In this document: piece by piece, positions 1 through 27,700 of the stretch | How the letters are laid out: every line of letters starts with the position of its first letter | Position numbering within the stretch: position 1 is the first letter of the stretch | Assembly: GCF_964355755.1 (NCBI RefSeq) | Contig: NC_092670.1 | Coordinates: 1,602,201 to 1,666,200 of the forward strand | From: Antedon mediterranea | Lineage: Eukaryota; Animalia; Echinodermata | Direction of reading: 5' to 3' | Length of the DNA: 64,000 nucleotides | The notes under the pieces: model-generated | What the model saw: only the letters and a program-made list of their open reading frames with translations | Told to the model about the DNA's origin: nothing | The model's database searches: none | Translations under genes and position numbers: made by a program

Positions 1-12951
<12,951 letters not shown>

Positions 12952-13901
12952 GAAGTTCACTTCTGCATCTCTGACGACACAGCTCAATGTAGTCACATTA
13001 TATACTCGTACGTCACTGCATGTATCCTGCGTCATATTCTGAATACAATTTTATTTTTTTACTGACACTTTTTTATTGACAATAAGGTAGTAACACTATA
13101 TTGCAATTTTAGTGTAGATATAGTGAAGAAAACATGACGTAATCTACTGCAGAAATAAGATTATGCAGATGCACTATATAAAAAGGCTGTATTGATATTA
13201 TTACAGAATGTCAGTTGCTTGTATTGCTATTGACATAGCCTTTACATATTCTATTTCTATTATAATTGAAGGCACTATTTTTAATAGTTCCCTGTTTGGA
13301 GTAAAAATAATAGTGACTTGCATTATATATAATATATGTGGTTTGGGGAATGTAAACAACAAGCTTAGATATAGTCAACAATTATTAGCCCAAATATGTA
13401 TTTATTTAAATGTATACAAATCATATGTTAACTTGTATATACAGTGCATTTGATTTATTTAGAAGTTTTGTAACTAAGTATTTTAAACATCTATCACATT
13501 TAAATGTACATGGTATGTAATTACATATGAATGAGTTGAAAATGACATATTTATGAGTCATATGTTCATGTAGGCCTGCATTAGGTTTATTTGCATGCAT
13601 AATAGTTGGATTTACATATCTATGAGTTTAATTTGCATGCATAAATTGTATGCATATATATGCACGTTTTTAAATATGATGAGTTTAGTCATATTTACAT
13701 AATTATGAATGATGTAAAAAGATTTTATTTGTTTCATGTACATATTTATATTTATGATTTTTGTTTTCATAATATTTAAAATTTAACTCAAATATGTATT
13801 ACTCTAACTATTAACTACTAGGTTTAATCAAAATTTGCTGTCTAATTTCTAATATGTCATTATTCTGCATTATGAAGAAGAGTAAGTACTGTACTACTTT
13901 T

Positions 13902-16900
13902 ACTGCAGTAAGCGAGAAGAGCTTACCTGCACTGTGTCCTTACATAATTTCTAATATAATTTTAAATTTGCATAAGTTATTACTGAAGACATGTATTATA
14001 CTAATGTTTGTGTGTCAAACGTTTTTTTTTCCGTATCAATCGCATGTTTGCACGCAAATCAAAATAGTGCTCGAAAAAAAGTACTGACTTTTGAATCTTT
14101 TTGAGGTAATATTATGTGCATCTGCGCATGACAAAGTTTCATACAGTAAACAACAACAAACAAACAAAGTCAAAACTGGCCAAAATATCGACTATTTACT
14201 TTTTAAAATTTATTGAGGTAACATGCATTTAGTAAAAGATAAAAAGCAAAACTTTGCTATGCCATATTCCGTAAAAATGTCGCTATAGACTTACTATAGT
14301 ACCCACATTTTAGATTCGATAATATTCCAATATGGAACTATAAGATAATGATAACACAGTATATGCGCATATGGCAATATTATTGCATAATAATTTAATT
14401 TTTAAAAGTCGATATTTTGGCTATTTTTGAAAAATCCAGGGAAATTTTCGAAAAATGGCCAAATTTTGGCCTTTTTTATTTTTCAACATAACTGGTTACT
14501 ATAGCATACTTGACATGCGCAGAACCCATTATTCGACTCTGCGCATGTTTATTATGCTATAGTAACCATTTATATCCGAAAAATAATTTTTGACATTTTT
14601 TCATATAACTGGCTACTATAGCATAATTGACATGCGCAGAACCCATTATTCGACTCTGCGCATGTTTATTATACTATAGTAACCATTTATGTCCAAAATT
14701 AATTTTCGACCATTTTATTTGTTGACATAACTGGTTACCATAGCATACTTGACATGCGCAGAACCCATTATTCGACTATGCGCATTTTTATTATGATATA
14801 GTAACCATTTATGTCCAAAAATAATTTTCGACCATTTTATTTTTTAACATAACTGGTTACTATAGCATAATTGACATACGCAGAACCCAATATTCGACTC
14901 TGCGCATGTTTATTATGCGATAGTAACCATTTATGTCTAAAAATAAAAGGGTCGAAAATTGGCCATTTTGCGAAAGTTTCCCTATACAGGGATTTTTTTC
15001 AAAAATTTCCAAATATTTTTACATAACTGGTTACTATAGCATAATTGACATGCGCAGAACCCATTATTCGACTCTGCGCATGTTTATTATGCGATAGTAA
15101 CCATTTATGTCTAAAAATAAAAGGGTAAAAAATTGGTCATTTTTCGAAAGTTTCTCTGTACTATAGTACAGGGATTTTTTTCCAAAAATGTCCAAATTTC
15201 GACCTTTTATTTTTCTGATAGCATACTTGATATGCGCAGAACCCATTATTCGACTCTGCGCATGGTTATTATGCTATAGTAACCATTTATGTCCAAAATT
15301 AATTTTCAGCCATTTTATTTTTTGACATAACTGGTTACTATAGCATAATTGACATGCGCAGAACCCATTATTCTACTCTGCGCATGTTTATTATGCGATA
15401 GTAACCATTTATGTCCAAACATAATTTTCTACCATTTTATTTTTTTACATAACTGATTACTATAGCATAATAGACATGCGCAGAACCCATTATTCGACTC
15501 TGCGCATGTTTATTATGCTATAGTAACCATTTATGTCCAACATTAATTTTCGGCCATTTTATTTTTTGACATAACTGGTTACTATATCATAATTGACATG
15601 CGCAGAACCCATTATTCGACTCTGCGCATGTTTATTATGCTATAGTAACCATTTATGTCCAAAATTAATTTTCGACCATTTCATTTTTTGACATAACTGG
15701 TTACTATAGCATAATTGACATGCGCAGAACCCATTATTCTACTCTGCGCATGTTTATTATGCTATAGTACCCATTTATGTCCAAAAATAATTTTCGACCA
15801 TTTTATTTTTTGACATAACTGGTTACTATAGCACACTTGACATGCGTAGAACCCATTATTCGACTCTGCGCACGTTTATTATGCTATAGTAACCATTTAT
15901 GTCCAACATTAATTTTCGACAATTTTATTTTTTGACATAACTGGTTACTATAGCATAATTGACATGTGCAGAACCCATTATTCGACTCTGCGCATGTTTA
16001 TAATGCGATAGTAACCATTTATGTCTAAAAATAAAAGGGTAAAAATTGGTCATTTTTCGAAAGTTTTCCTGTACTATAGTACAGGGATTTTTTCCAAAAA
16101 TGTCAAAATTTCGACCTTTTATTTTTTAACATAACTGGTTACTATAGCATACTTGATATGCGCAGAACCCATTATTCGACTCTGCGCATGTTTAATATGC
16201 TATAGTAACCATTTATGTCCAACATTAATTTTCGGCCATTTTATTTTTTGACATAACTGGTTACTATAGCATAATTGACATGCGCAGAACCCATTGTTCG
16301 ACTCTGCGTATGTTTATTATGCTATAGTAACCATTTATGTCCAAAAATATTTTTCCACCATTTTATTTTTTGACATAACTGGTTACTATAGCATAACTGA
16401 CATGCGCAGAACCCATTATTCGACTCTGCGCATGTTTTATTATGCAATAGTAACCATTTATGTCTAAAAATAAAAGGGTCAAAAATTTGTCATTTTTCGA
16501 AAGTTTCCCTGTACTATAGTACATGGATTTTTTCCAAAAATGTCCAAATTTCGACCTTTTATTTTTCAAAATAACTGGTTACTATAGCATAATTGACATG
16601 CGCAGAACCCATTATTCGACTCTGCGCATGTTTATTATGCTATAGTAACCATTTATGTCCAAAATTAATTTTCGACCATTTTATTTTTTGACATAACTGG
16701 TTACTATAGCATACTTGACATGCGCATGTTTATTATGCTATAGTAACCATTTATATCCAAAAAATAATTTTCGACCTTTTTTCATATAACTGGCTACTAT
16801 AGCATAATTGACATGCGCAGAACCCATTATTCGACTCTGCACATGTTTATTATGCTATAGTAACCATTTATGTCCAAAAATAATTTTCGACCATTTTATT

Positions 16901-18245
16901 TTTTGACATAACTGGTTACTATAGCATAATTGACATGCGCAGAACCCATTATTCGACTTTGCGCATGTTTATTATGCGATAGTAACCATTTATGTCTAAA
17001 AATAAAAGGGTAAAAAATTGATCATTTTTCGAAAGTTTCCCTGTACAGGGATTTTTCCCAAAAATGTCCAAATTTCGACCTTTTATTTTTCAACATAACT
17101 GGTTACTATAGCATAATTGACATGCGCAGAACCAATTATTCGACTCTGCGCATGTTTATTATGCTATAGTAACCATTTATGTCTAAAAATAATTTTCGAC
17201 CATTTTATTTTTTGACATAAACTGGTTACTATAGCATACTTGACATGCGCAAAACCCATTATTCGACTATGCGCATTTTTTTATGATATAGTAACCATTT
17301 ATGTCCTAAACTAATTTTCGACCATTTTAATTTTTAACATAACTGATTACTATAGCATAATTGACATGCGCAGAACCCATTATTCGACTCTGCGCATGTT
17401 TATTATGCTAAAGTAACCATTTATGTCCAACATTAATTTTCGACCATTTATTTTTTGACATAACTGGTTACTATAGCATAATTGACATACGCAGAACCCA
17501 TTATTCGACTCTGCGCATGTTTATTATGCGATAGTAACCATTTATGTCTAAAAATAAAAGGGTTGAAAATTGGCCATTTTTCGAAAGTTTCCCTGTACTA
17601 TATATAGTACAGGGATTTTTTCAAAAAATTTCCAAATTTCGACATTTTATTTTTCAACATAACTGGTTACTATAGTATACTTGACATGCGCATGTTTATT
17701 ATGCTATAGTAACCATTTATATCCAAAAAATAATTTTCGACCTTTTTTCATATAACTGGCTACTATAGCATAATTGACATGCGCAGAACCCATTATTCGA
17801 CTCTGCACATGTTTATTATGCTATAGTAACCATTTATGTCCAAAACTAATTTTCGACCATTTTATTTTTTGACATAACTGGTTACTATAGCATAATTGAC
17901 ATGCGCAGAACCCATTATTCGACTCTGCGCATATTTATTATGCGATAGTTATCCAAAAATAAAAGTGTCGAAAATTGCCAAATTTCGACCTTTCTATTTT
18001 TCGACATAAATGGTTACTATGACTATAAGATGATGATAACGCAGTATATGCCTATATATGGCAATATTATTGCATAATAATTTAATTTTTAAAAGTCGAT
18101 ATATTGGCTATTTTTCAAAAAATCCCTGTACTATAGTACAGGGAAATTTTCGAAAAATATGCAAATTTCGACCCTTTTATTTTTCGACATAATATGATAA
18201 CGCAATAGTATTCTAGACACCCATAATATTTACCTTCAGTAATCA
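13902..18245. mobile_element. Putative non-autonomous Helentron-like (HINE/DINE-type) element carrying a central satellite
   Basis: Terminal stem-loop gcagtaagc...gcttacctgc (~13905-13930), subterminal inverted repeat attactgaag (~13979) / cttcagtaat (~18234), direct-repeat flanks 14340-14480 and 18025-18190, and a central tandem array. Confidence 0.5.
14480..18020. repeat. Satellite array, ~122-bp monomer with interspersed ~175-190-bp variants, roughly 25 units
   Basis: Core cataactggttactatagcataattgacatgcgcagaacccattattcgactctgcgcatgtttattatgctatagtaaccatttatgtcc repeats throughout. Confidence 0.95.
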
Positions 18246-18784
18246 AATTCTATATTAATCAATCAATAATTACATTTTATTGATCTTAACAAAATAATCT
18301 TCAATCCACACAAGTAAAAAAGTTATAAAACAAAAATAATTAATTTTTAAATTTTATTGATTAAACTTCATTACAAATATATATAAATATACTGTAGTAA
18401 AAATAATATGATACACATATTTTCGAACCTCATTTTAGACCTAATTAAAACACAGCTTTCAAAAGAGGTTTGTCGTTTATAAAAATATAGTCACCAACAA
18501 AATTGTATTCAAATTATAATGGAAATGATAAAGAAAGCTGTTAAATTCAGTTTGTTTGTGTCAATTACATTTACATGGTTCTGCTTTTGATATTGTTTAA
18601 AGAAAACTTTGTCTATAATTACAATTTTAAAAATACCAAACTACAGTACTAGTAGTACGTTCAAAATATTGAAATTAATCACTCCACACAAGATTCGATC
18701 GTTCGAGGACCGAACCACTATTCATGCCAACCCACCCTAGCCTCACCCCAACCCACCCTCTACTCATTCAGTTCAGGATATTAC

Positions 18785-21700
18785 TCAGGATAATTCCCAA
18801 GCTGGTTTGCATAGATTTTCAGTTTTAGAATCACGTAAACCGGACCTCGAATTATCTTTACTGACATCTAGCCCATACAGTGTATTATTGTTCTCCAGTT
18901 CTTCACTCTTTGGCCTTATCGTTTCAACTTTCACCATTCTAAGTGATTGTGTTGGATCACTACAACGACGAGAACGTTCTTTCTCAGACGACTTATCAAA
19001 ATGTAAATTAAACGTTCTAGATTTTAATGGCGCAGTAAGTGTATGTTCTTTTTCTATTTTATTACCCTTTTTAAAACGTTTTCTCCCTTTTGACATATTT
19101 TTCCTGCAAAGAAGTTCCTTACAAACACATTCTTCTTCTAACTCAAACAACTTAAGGCTTTCTAACTTTTCAAGAATATCATCTACCATTGGAGATAACC
19201 GATCAAAAAGGTTCCTTAATTGGTCATGACTTAATTTATCCTCTGGAATAAACAAGGACACGCCAGAACCAGTAGTTGAAGCCTGAGAGGCACCACTCTG
19301 ACTGAAGGTACCGTCTGAAGACAGTGAGCGTGTTGAAATTGAATCAACACCAACAAACTTGACACGATGACGATACTCCTGATAAAACAAAAGAACATTA
19401 CAATCACCTGTAGTCACCAGTCTCATCTCGGTACATATCCTGCCCTGATTTCTAGAGCACACTTCACCACCAAAGGTGCTTAAGGCGCTTTTGAATTTAT
19501 AAAGTTGGCAATGACCTCAGATCAAATGCAAACTAAAATTGCGAATTTAAAATGGAAAGAATTATGACAATTATGTATAAAAAACCTGGGCAAAAAGATG
19601 AGTTTTTAATCATTTTTAAATGAATCCAAGTTAGTACATTGGTGAATTGAGATGAATTTTCCATATAAAGATATTGTGGTACCACGTCAGATAAAGTTTA
19701 AATGCACTTGACCTTTGACAAACTCTGAACATATTATAAAACTGAATGTAAAGAGTTGCTAAACATACCTTTTGTTTGATGATTCCCAGTCGTTTTTTAA
19801 ATCTTTCAATCATAAATTCAATCATAGATTCATTTTGAAAGTTTACTTTCTTCATTTTCCCCCTCCTAGATGATCGGTATACATTGATGATGACTGCCGC
19901 AAAAAGACATGTTGTTAAAATTAAACAAAAATAGAAAAATGCTGACATGAACAATGGTCCCCAGATGGGATAAGAATCAAGGAGGGAATTCAGATTCGAT
20001 GCACCGGCTATAAAAGAATATAAGTACAAAATAGAGGAACTGACGGATTGGAAGTCAGGCAATGTTGTTCCAAAAAGCTGTAATGAAAAATAAAAATGTA
20101 TAAAAATTTATACAGTACATATTAATTTTATTTACTGATGATCGTCAGATTACATGTTGGCTACCATAAAACATGGCTAGCCTAAATGTAGTTGTAATCT
20201 TTATTAGGTTTTGTCATCAAAAGATTTTATTGTCAAGTCATCAAGTAATATTATTTAAGATTTTTAGGAATGCAACACAGTGGTTCATAAATGTCAATTA
20301 TCTGTTACTTAGGTTTTTAATAAATATTTATTTCATAGACAGTTTAGGTTTGATAAATAATTCTTCTACCTGATATTAAATATACAGTATTAAACGATGT
20401 ATGGCTGAACTATGGAAGTTTAAAAGGGACTTTCCGAGGCACAGTGGAGCAGAAATTAATAGACTTAGCTTTAAATTAAATTAAGAATTTATATGTAATT
20501 ATATATATTAAGGAGAAACTTTTTCCAAAACATCTTTTAACCTAACTTACAAACAATATTCAAAAAGAAAAAAACTTCATATAAAAGCTAGAGTACCTGG
20601 TTTCCAAGGAAACTGAAAAATAAAATAACAAGGAGAAAGATAACAGCTGCAGCTAGCAACAGCCAAAAACACCTGGCAAGCACAGACAGAAAGAACACAA
20701 GCCACTGGCTAAACGTAAAAACTTGCAACACCTGTGAAGAACAAAATATAAAGAAATCTTAATTGGGGTAGTAGGTTAATTTAATGAAAAGATGACAGCT
20801 GCCAGAAACACCAGGCAACTATTAACGTCCTGCTAATAATCGCAGCAACTAATAATGTAATGTAATAATGAATTTATTTTCCATATAATTTTCCAAATAA
20901 TACATATATCAACTATAAATATCAACTGCTAAACTAAACTCAACACAACAATCCCAATTACAAATGTCAACCCACTGCGAATCGTAAGGAACAATTGGCA
21001 ATCCATGCTAATAATGCAAATATAGATACACAGAAAAGTGTTTACTCCATGATCAAACATAAAACTTATTTTTCTTAATCTTAATCTTACTTACTTTTAA
21101 AGTTCCAACAAAAAGCAACATTCCATAACAATTCAAAAGCACATCTGAATAAAAAGCGGCACGGTAAAAATTAGCAAATGCAGTTGGATCATCAAAATCT
21201 ACATCAAGCACATGGCCCGAGTACACGGCCTGCACCACTAGAAAGCAGATGGTGGTAATACCAAGAAAAACCATAGCAACACTCAGCACACTCCAGCCTG
21301 AGGTGAAAAACTGCCTGATCCCACAATGCAACAGGTCAGTAGCTTGTATATAAATGAAGTAGGTGAGCAATAGAGTAAACAATATCTGAAGATAAGATAA
21401 ATATTATTAAAGTCACTGTGTTATTAAATTTACTGCAGTAAGCAGCAAACTACTGAAGCACACTTGGATTGAAAGATTCTTCTTTATGATAACAGTTTTA
21501 AATTACACTGAGTACTCCTGTTCTCTGTTCAGCCATTTCTTAATTACCGAGAATATAACACAATTTCCAGATCATTACTAACAAATAATTACATGCTTGC
21601 AAGTTAGAAGCAATGTGAGTAATAGTCAAAATATTGAAAACAACACTTAAAAACCAAGCTACTGTCATAATAATATAACATCTAACCTCAATGACTAGAA

Positions 21701-24700
21701 GAGCAGTTTCTTGTGAATAACGATCTAATTTGGCTGACAATATTATTGGAGATGGTACAGCACCACCTAAAAATCAAAATTACTGGTTAGTTTGTGCACT
21801 AAAACTCAAATTGTCAATGCTACTATTAATCTAAAACCAACTACAAAGTTTCCTTTTTAACTTACTTGACAATGGAAGCTCAATTAACAGAACCAACACT
21901 GAATAAACATTAATGTTGACATTATAAAAGGTAGCTTCTACAAATACTGCTCTAGTTCTGAAACAGAAATCAAATGATATCAAAATTATTGTAAGACTAT
22001 TCAGAAACCTTTAAATACTGCAGTAACTGCAGTAGAATGGAATTGTAACAACTACAGTACTAATCTACTTCAGAAAAGAACATTTGTTAAATGTCTTACT
22101 GTTGATCCAGCCATTTTTCCTGTTTAAGTTTTTGCAAAATGTCAATAGTGCCATCATATGTCATTGCTAAATCTTGAACAAATCCTCCACCAGAATACCG
22201 TCCGATCTGACCAATCACAGACATCCTAAGAAAGTATAGAAACAGCTATCATGTGATAGTATTCTTTATTCACATTTTTTTTTATTTCTCTATTATTCTA
22301 CACTAATATAAAGATTAAACAAACTGAAGAAGTGTACTTAAATTCACTGGTGATTCATTTATCATATACAGTACACACTTTTAATCACTATAAAGAAATA
22401 AATAGCTTACCCATTTAACTCTTCACTCGTCTTGTAGGTCCAATTTAAATTTTGTGATACAAAAACACCCCTATCTTCAGAATAGGATGTTCCACTACCA
22501 TAGCACACTTCATCAAAATATTCTTTGTATTTGTTGGACTCTTCCACTTTACATTTTTCTAAGGTGTAAATAGTTAATAAATGAGTTGGCACAAACACTG
22601 ACATTACTGCAATTATTTCTAAGAACAGCACCGGTATTAGCTTACCTTGATCACTTCGTATTTGTCGTAACCGGGCAACACCTAAAAGGTTGCCATAGTA
22701 ATCAATATCCTCAAAGTCAGAAGAATGACAATTTCTGGCAAAAACTTTCTCTACCCAAATCCAGAAATCTTCAAACCTAAAACAAATTCATATATTTAAT
22801 TCCTGTTTTTACATTTTTGGAAACTTCATGCCTGTTAATAAAAGAGGTTACTTTTTGTACATTAAAGATGTATTGTCCCCCAAAATCATGAAAAATAAAG
22901 ATTTTTAAAATCGGACTTTGAATAGGCCATTTTGCAGTTTTAATGAAGTTGTTCACTTCCATAAGAAAAAAAACGGGGGAAAAAATTATTTCACCTATAA
23001 AAAGACAAAATAAACAGTTAAATTACCCAAAAACTCATTGTCTTCCAGACAATTTGACCATTTTTTGCTTTAAATTACATTTTTCTCAGGTAAATAAATT
23101 TTTTTCAGACCCAATTTTTTGTGAGAGTGAATAACTATTATGTGACATTAAAATAACATATTCAACAACAAAAATTTTAAAAATATTTTTTTAGGGGGAC
23201 AATATATCTTTAAAGTCGCTTTAAGCTTTACTTACGTTTGTATGTTGTTCAAAATCTTGTCATCATCTCCAAACATTAATGTATACATCTTTCATTACCC
23301 AGATGCCATGTCCCCATATATGGACATGATGATGATTATCACTACCATATTTGGGCACATCACACTTTTTTTGTCAAACTAGTTTGATAGTGTAGACAGA
23401 GCTTTAAAGTTAAACAAAAGATGTAAGCGGTACTTACATTTGTATGCTGTTAAAAGTTTTGTCATCGTCTCCAAACATTGCATTAACGTATACATCTTTC
23501 ATTACAGAGACTGTATCTATCCCTGATTGATTTTGACGAAGATAACAGATTACCATCACTATCGTAAAGAGCATAATGAACACCCAAAGATGACGTAGCA
23601 TGGCGTTCATCGTAACAAGTTTACGGCCTTCTTCTTTAGCTCGAATAAGCCCAAATCCTTGTGGAGGTCTTACGATGCGAGCACAGTTTAAAAGTTCTTG
23701 ATGTTCATAGATGGGATTGTCGATTACGTTATCATTGTTGCTATAACAACTGTCAATGGACTCATAAGCTGATGCTGAATATAATGCAAAAAGTAGTACC
23801 TGTGAAAAAAATGAAACATTAAAAACATAAAAAACAAACTTCGAGAAAGAAATTAATTCAATTCAAATGAGTTAAGAAACATAAGAATGGTTACTTGTAT
23901 CTGCACCTGTGTTGACAGAACATAGCCAGGAAATGTGTATATTATTTGTATTATTTAATTATTATATATCTATAATAAGCTATGCTGCCTTGTTGAGATT
24001 CTAAACTCAAAACTAAATTAGAATTCCAATAAATAAATATTTAAAAACTAAATGAATATTGGGATTATTTTTATAAAATAACAAGAATGGCCACATGTTG
24101 TAGTGTCAAAGGTCATAGGGTGAAGCAATGATGAAGTGTATGGGGCAAACTTTACCTTTAATGGTTCTAATAAGAGCATAGATATTGTAAGCGAGAGGAA
24201 CGATGTTATTATCCATTTTCCTGCAACTTCCTCTCCAAACTGGCTTCCATATAAAAGGACCACTATGCCACATAGAATCACTATTGTGAAACACAAGCTG
24301 TAATTGATGTAAACAAACCATGAGGGCAGCAGATACTTCTTTGTACATGTAGATGATTTCGTCACCTTTCTTCCTGAAATAACAAATAGAAATAAAAAAG
24401 GATAGTTGACTAGTCATTTTGAAATTGAATTAAAGAAAAACACAGTATTTAAACAAGTAATAACAAAATAATGGTATTGATAGCTTTGATAGCATTTTCC
24501 CAATAATAAGATGGGTTACAATGGACATTCACATAATAACCTTCGTCAGAAACTATTTCATAGTGGTACCTGATGGAAAGGCATCTTTAGCTTTGTCATG
24601 ACTTGTTGTAATATCTGGCAAAGTACAGCTAGAATCAGTATGTCCTATGCCTTCATCTGATGAAATAATTCTTGTTTTGCTACCAAAAAACAAACAATTT

Positions 24701-27700
24701 ATACTAAAAATAAATATGAAATTGCATCCTAGAGGGCATTCTCACTCAAAGCATATTGATCGAAAACATTGAGAAACTCAACAGTTCTTTTCAGAACTAA
24801 TATACGTGGTGTACCACAAACTTTATATCAACATCCTAGAGGGCGATATTCAATACAACTTACCTTTCTTTCACTAAAGATGCTGCTGCTCTGGGCGTAA
24901 AAGTAGCATCTGTTTTTGGAGCTAACAGGTCTGTATCACTTTGCTTTAAAGGTGTGCTATTTTTTTTATGTTGTGAATATTCTTTAGCTGACTGAGTAGT
25001 TTCTTTGGAAACCCCCTCTTCCTCAAGTAGACTTTGCCAAAATTCATCATCAGAATTTGTCAGATCATCTAAACTTTGCGTCCGCAACATGTTTGATGAT
25101 TTTCTTCATAAAAAAAAAGATTTCATGTGTGAAGTCATTAAGCAAAAAACAAAATTGATGAAAAAACAGAATTAATTGGTTATTGGTATATTTATTTTAC
25201 AACTGAAACCAGTGAACCAAATGAAAAGTAAAATACATACTTCAAGTACAATAATATAAATACATGAATTAATTGGTGTTGTCATGGTTATATACACTTA
25301 CTTCAGTGTTTTAATTGGTGTTGTCATGGTTATATACACTTACTTCAGTGTTTTAATTGGTGTTGTCATGGTTATATACACTTACTTCAGTGTTTTAATT
25401 GGTTGTCATGGTTATATACACTTACTTCAGTGTTTTAATTGGTTGTCATGGTTATATACACTTACTTCAGTGTTTTAATTGGTTGTCATGGTTATATACA
25501 CTTACTTCAGTGTTTTAATTGGTTGTCATGGTTATATACACTTACTTCAGTGTTTTAATTGGTTGTCATGGTTATATACACTTACTTCAGTGTTTTAATT
25601 GGTGTTGTCATGGTTATATACACTTACTTCAGTGTTTTAATTGGTGTTGTCATGGTTATATACACTTACTTCAGTGTTTTAATTGGTTGTCATGGTTATA
25701 TACACTTACTTCAGTGTTTTAATTCCTTTCCTCATACTCTTTCCTCTACTCAACTCCTTTTTTGGTTCCTCAATTTTTTCTTCTTCACAAAAGGATGGTT
25801 CAACTATAACCACTCCTGGTGGTAATGTTTCGGTCTTCTCTTCGATATTGGATGATAGTTTCTTCATCTCGATGTTCTCGCTTTTGTTGTATGGTGGAAG
25901 CTGTTCAGGCCATCCCAAAATGCTCTCTGTAGACCACCACCGCCCTTGTTCATTTAATGGTCTATTAATAATCACAATGGAATCTTTTAGAAAATACAAA
26001 TATTTAGGGATACAGCAATGGCACTTAATTTTCTTTATTTCCGAATATCATGGCTTTCGGTTCAAATCTTGGCACATAATCTTCTGATTAAACCAATTAG
26101 CAATTAAAGCAAGTACTAGAACCTAACCTTTAACATAAGTAGTTTAGTATTCATACTCTATCCTTACAAATCATATTTATCATCATCTATTTAAAATATA
26201 TACAAGAAATTTATGTCGGCGCCTGCCTTTGTAAGTTTCTTGCCGAGTAGTTCAAACCTTCTATATTCATTTAATATCAATAATATTCATAATTATATTT
26301 GAAATAAAAAACAAATAAATGAGGAAATTTGCCTTAAATGTGGTCTACAAACATTAAGGTTAAATGTTAGAAAAGTTAGCTCACCTCAAGGTGGCCCCAT
26401 CCAGAGGCTGTGTAAAAACAATTAGTAGATTTAGTTATTAGTTGGACATTCATTAACATGCAAGTGAAAAACGTGCAAATTGTGGTATTATGGTAAATGT
26501 TATGAAACTTACTCAAAAACATTTAGTGATGTGATTGAAATACATACAGACTGAAATAACTTTATTTACAGTAAAATTTGTTTCAAAACAACTTTCAGAA
26601 ACTTATAACTGTATGGTGTTCTAAAATGTCCAGTTCCCCAAAAGGTTTTAGTACAGTAGGTCTAATTAATTATTGAAACAGACAAAATGATTATGACATA
26701 CAAAGTGTAAAATTAAACATGCACATGTGTTATGTAAAATGTTTGCTGTAAATTCAATGAACACAGAATACTAAACCATTGTCTACACTATCAAACTTTA
26801 TGTGACAAAAAAATGTATGCATATATGGACATGATGATGTCACATCACCATCCCCATCATGTTTAGGCATATAACTACCATATTTGAGCACATCACACTT
26901 TTTTGTCAAATTAATTTGATAGTGTAGACATGGCTTAACGGACCATATCAAAATTATACTGACTGGAGAAAGTACATTTGTTTACTCTTTAAACTTACGC
27001 AATTATTTAGTTTTTTTGAGTAATCATACACAATGTTTAATGTAGTTACTGCAGTAGAATAATTCTGACATGATCTTAACAAAATTAAAACTATTATATT
27101 TTTCTATTTCATAATGCTATCAGTTTATTATTAGAATAACACATTTTAGGGGATAATCAGGGGGACAGTCTTTTACAGGGGTGTACACCCCTATTTCAGT
27201 TCAACTTCATACATTTCAGTCATTTTATTGGCAGCGAGGTATTTCAGTTTCTGAATCTTGTAAAAATCACAAACTTACCTTGGATGATGACACAGCATTC
27301 ACAGTCAAATCCTTCATTTCAAAATCTCCCATTACACTATCATCATGTTTCAAATCTAGAGCCTGAAAAGGAAATATATATTTAACATGAATGATGTTAA
27401 AGTCTGTAGTTTATTTATATCAGTTCATAAAGTTATGAAGATATTGATAGTGTATCATATATCAGTTTGCAGTATAAGGTGTAATTGAAAAATACATGTC
27501 ATGAGTTATAAGGTTTTTGAAACAGGTTTATCTCAAAATTTACATCACACACGAACATTACATGTGTAAATTGTGATATCTGAACTGGCTCTAAGTATGA
27601 TATTGATGTTTCTGTTACTTATTATTTACTTGGTGATTTTTTTACTTCTAATTTTATTCCTAAAAAAAGTAGTCCCTCAAGTATGCTTACCCTTGAATCT

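Noticed and set aside
14480-18020. Regularly spaced palindromic repeats resembling a CRISPR array
   Set aside because: The sequence between repeats is itself repeated (no unique spacers), there are no cas genes, and the context is eukaryotic; it is a satellite.
25284-25825. Several + strand hydrophobic repeat ORFs
   Set aside because: Translations of the 40/42-bp tandem repeat antisense to PKD1.
25984-26085. Alternative upstream acceptors for the PKD1 exon ending at 25710
   Set aside because: The acceptor at 26083 hits stops in all frames and the one at 25983 is out of phase with the preceding exons; 25961 fits.
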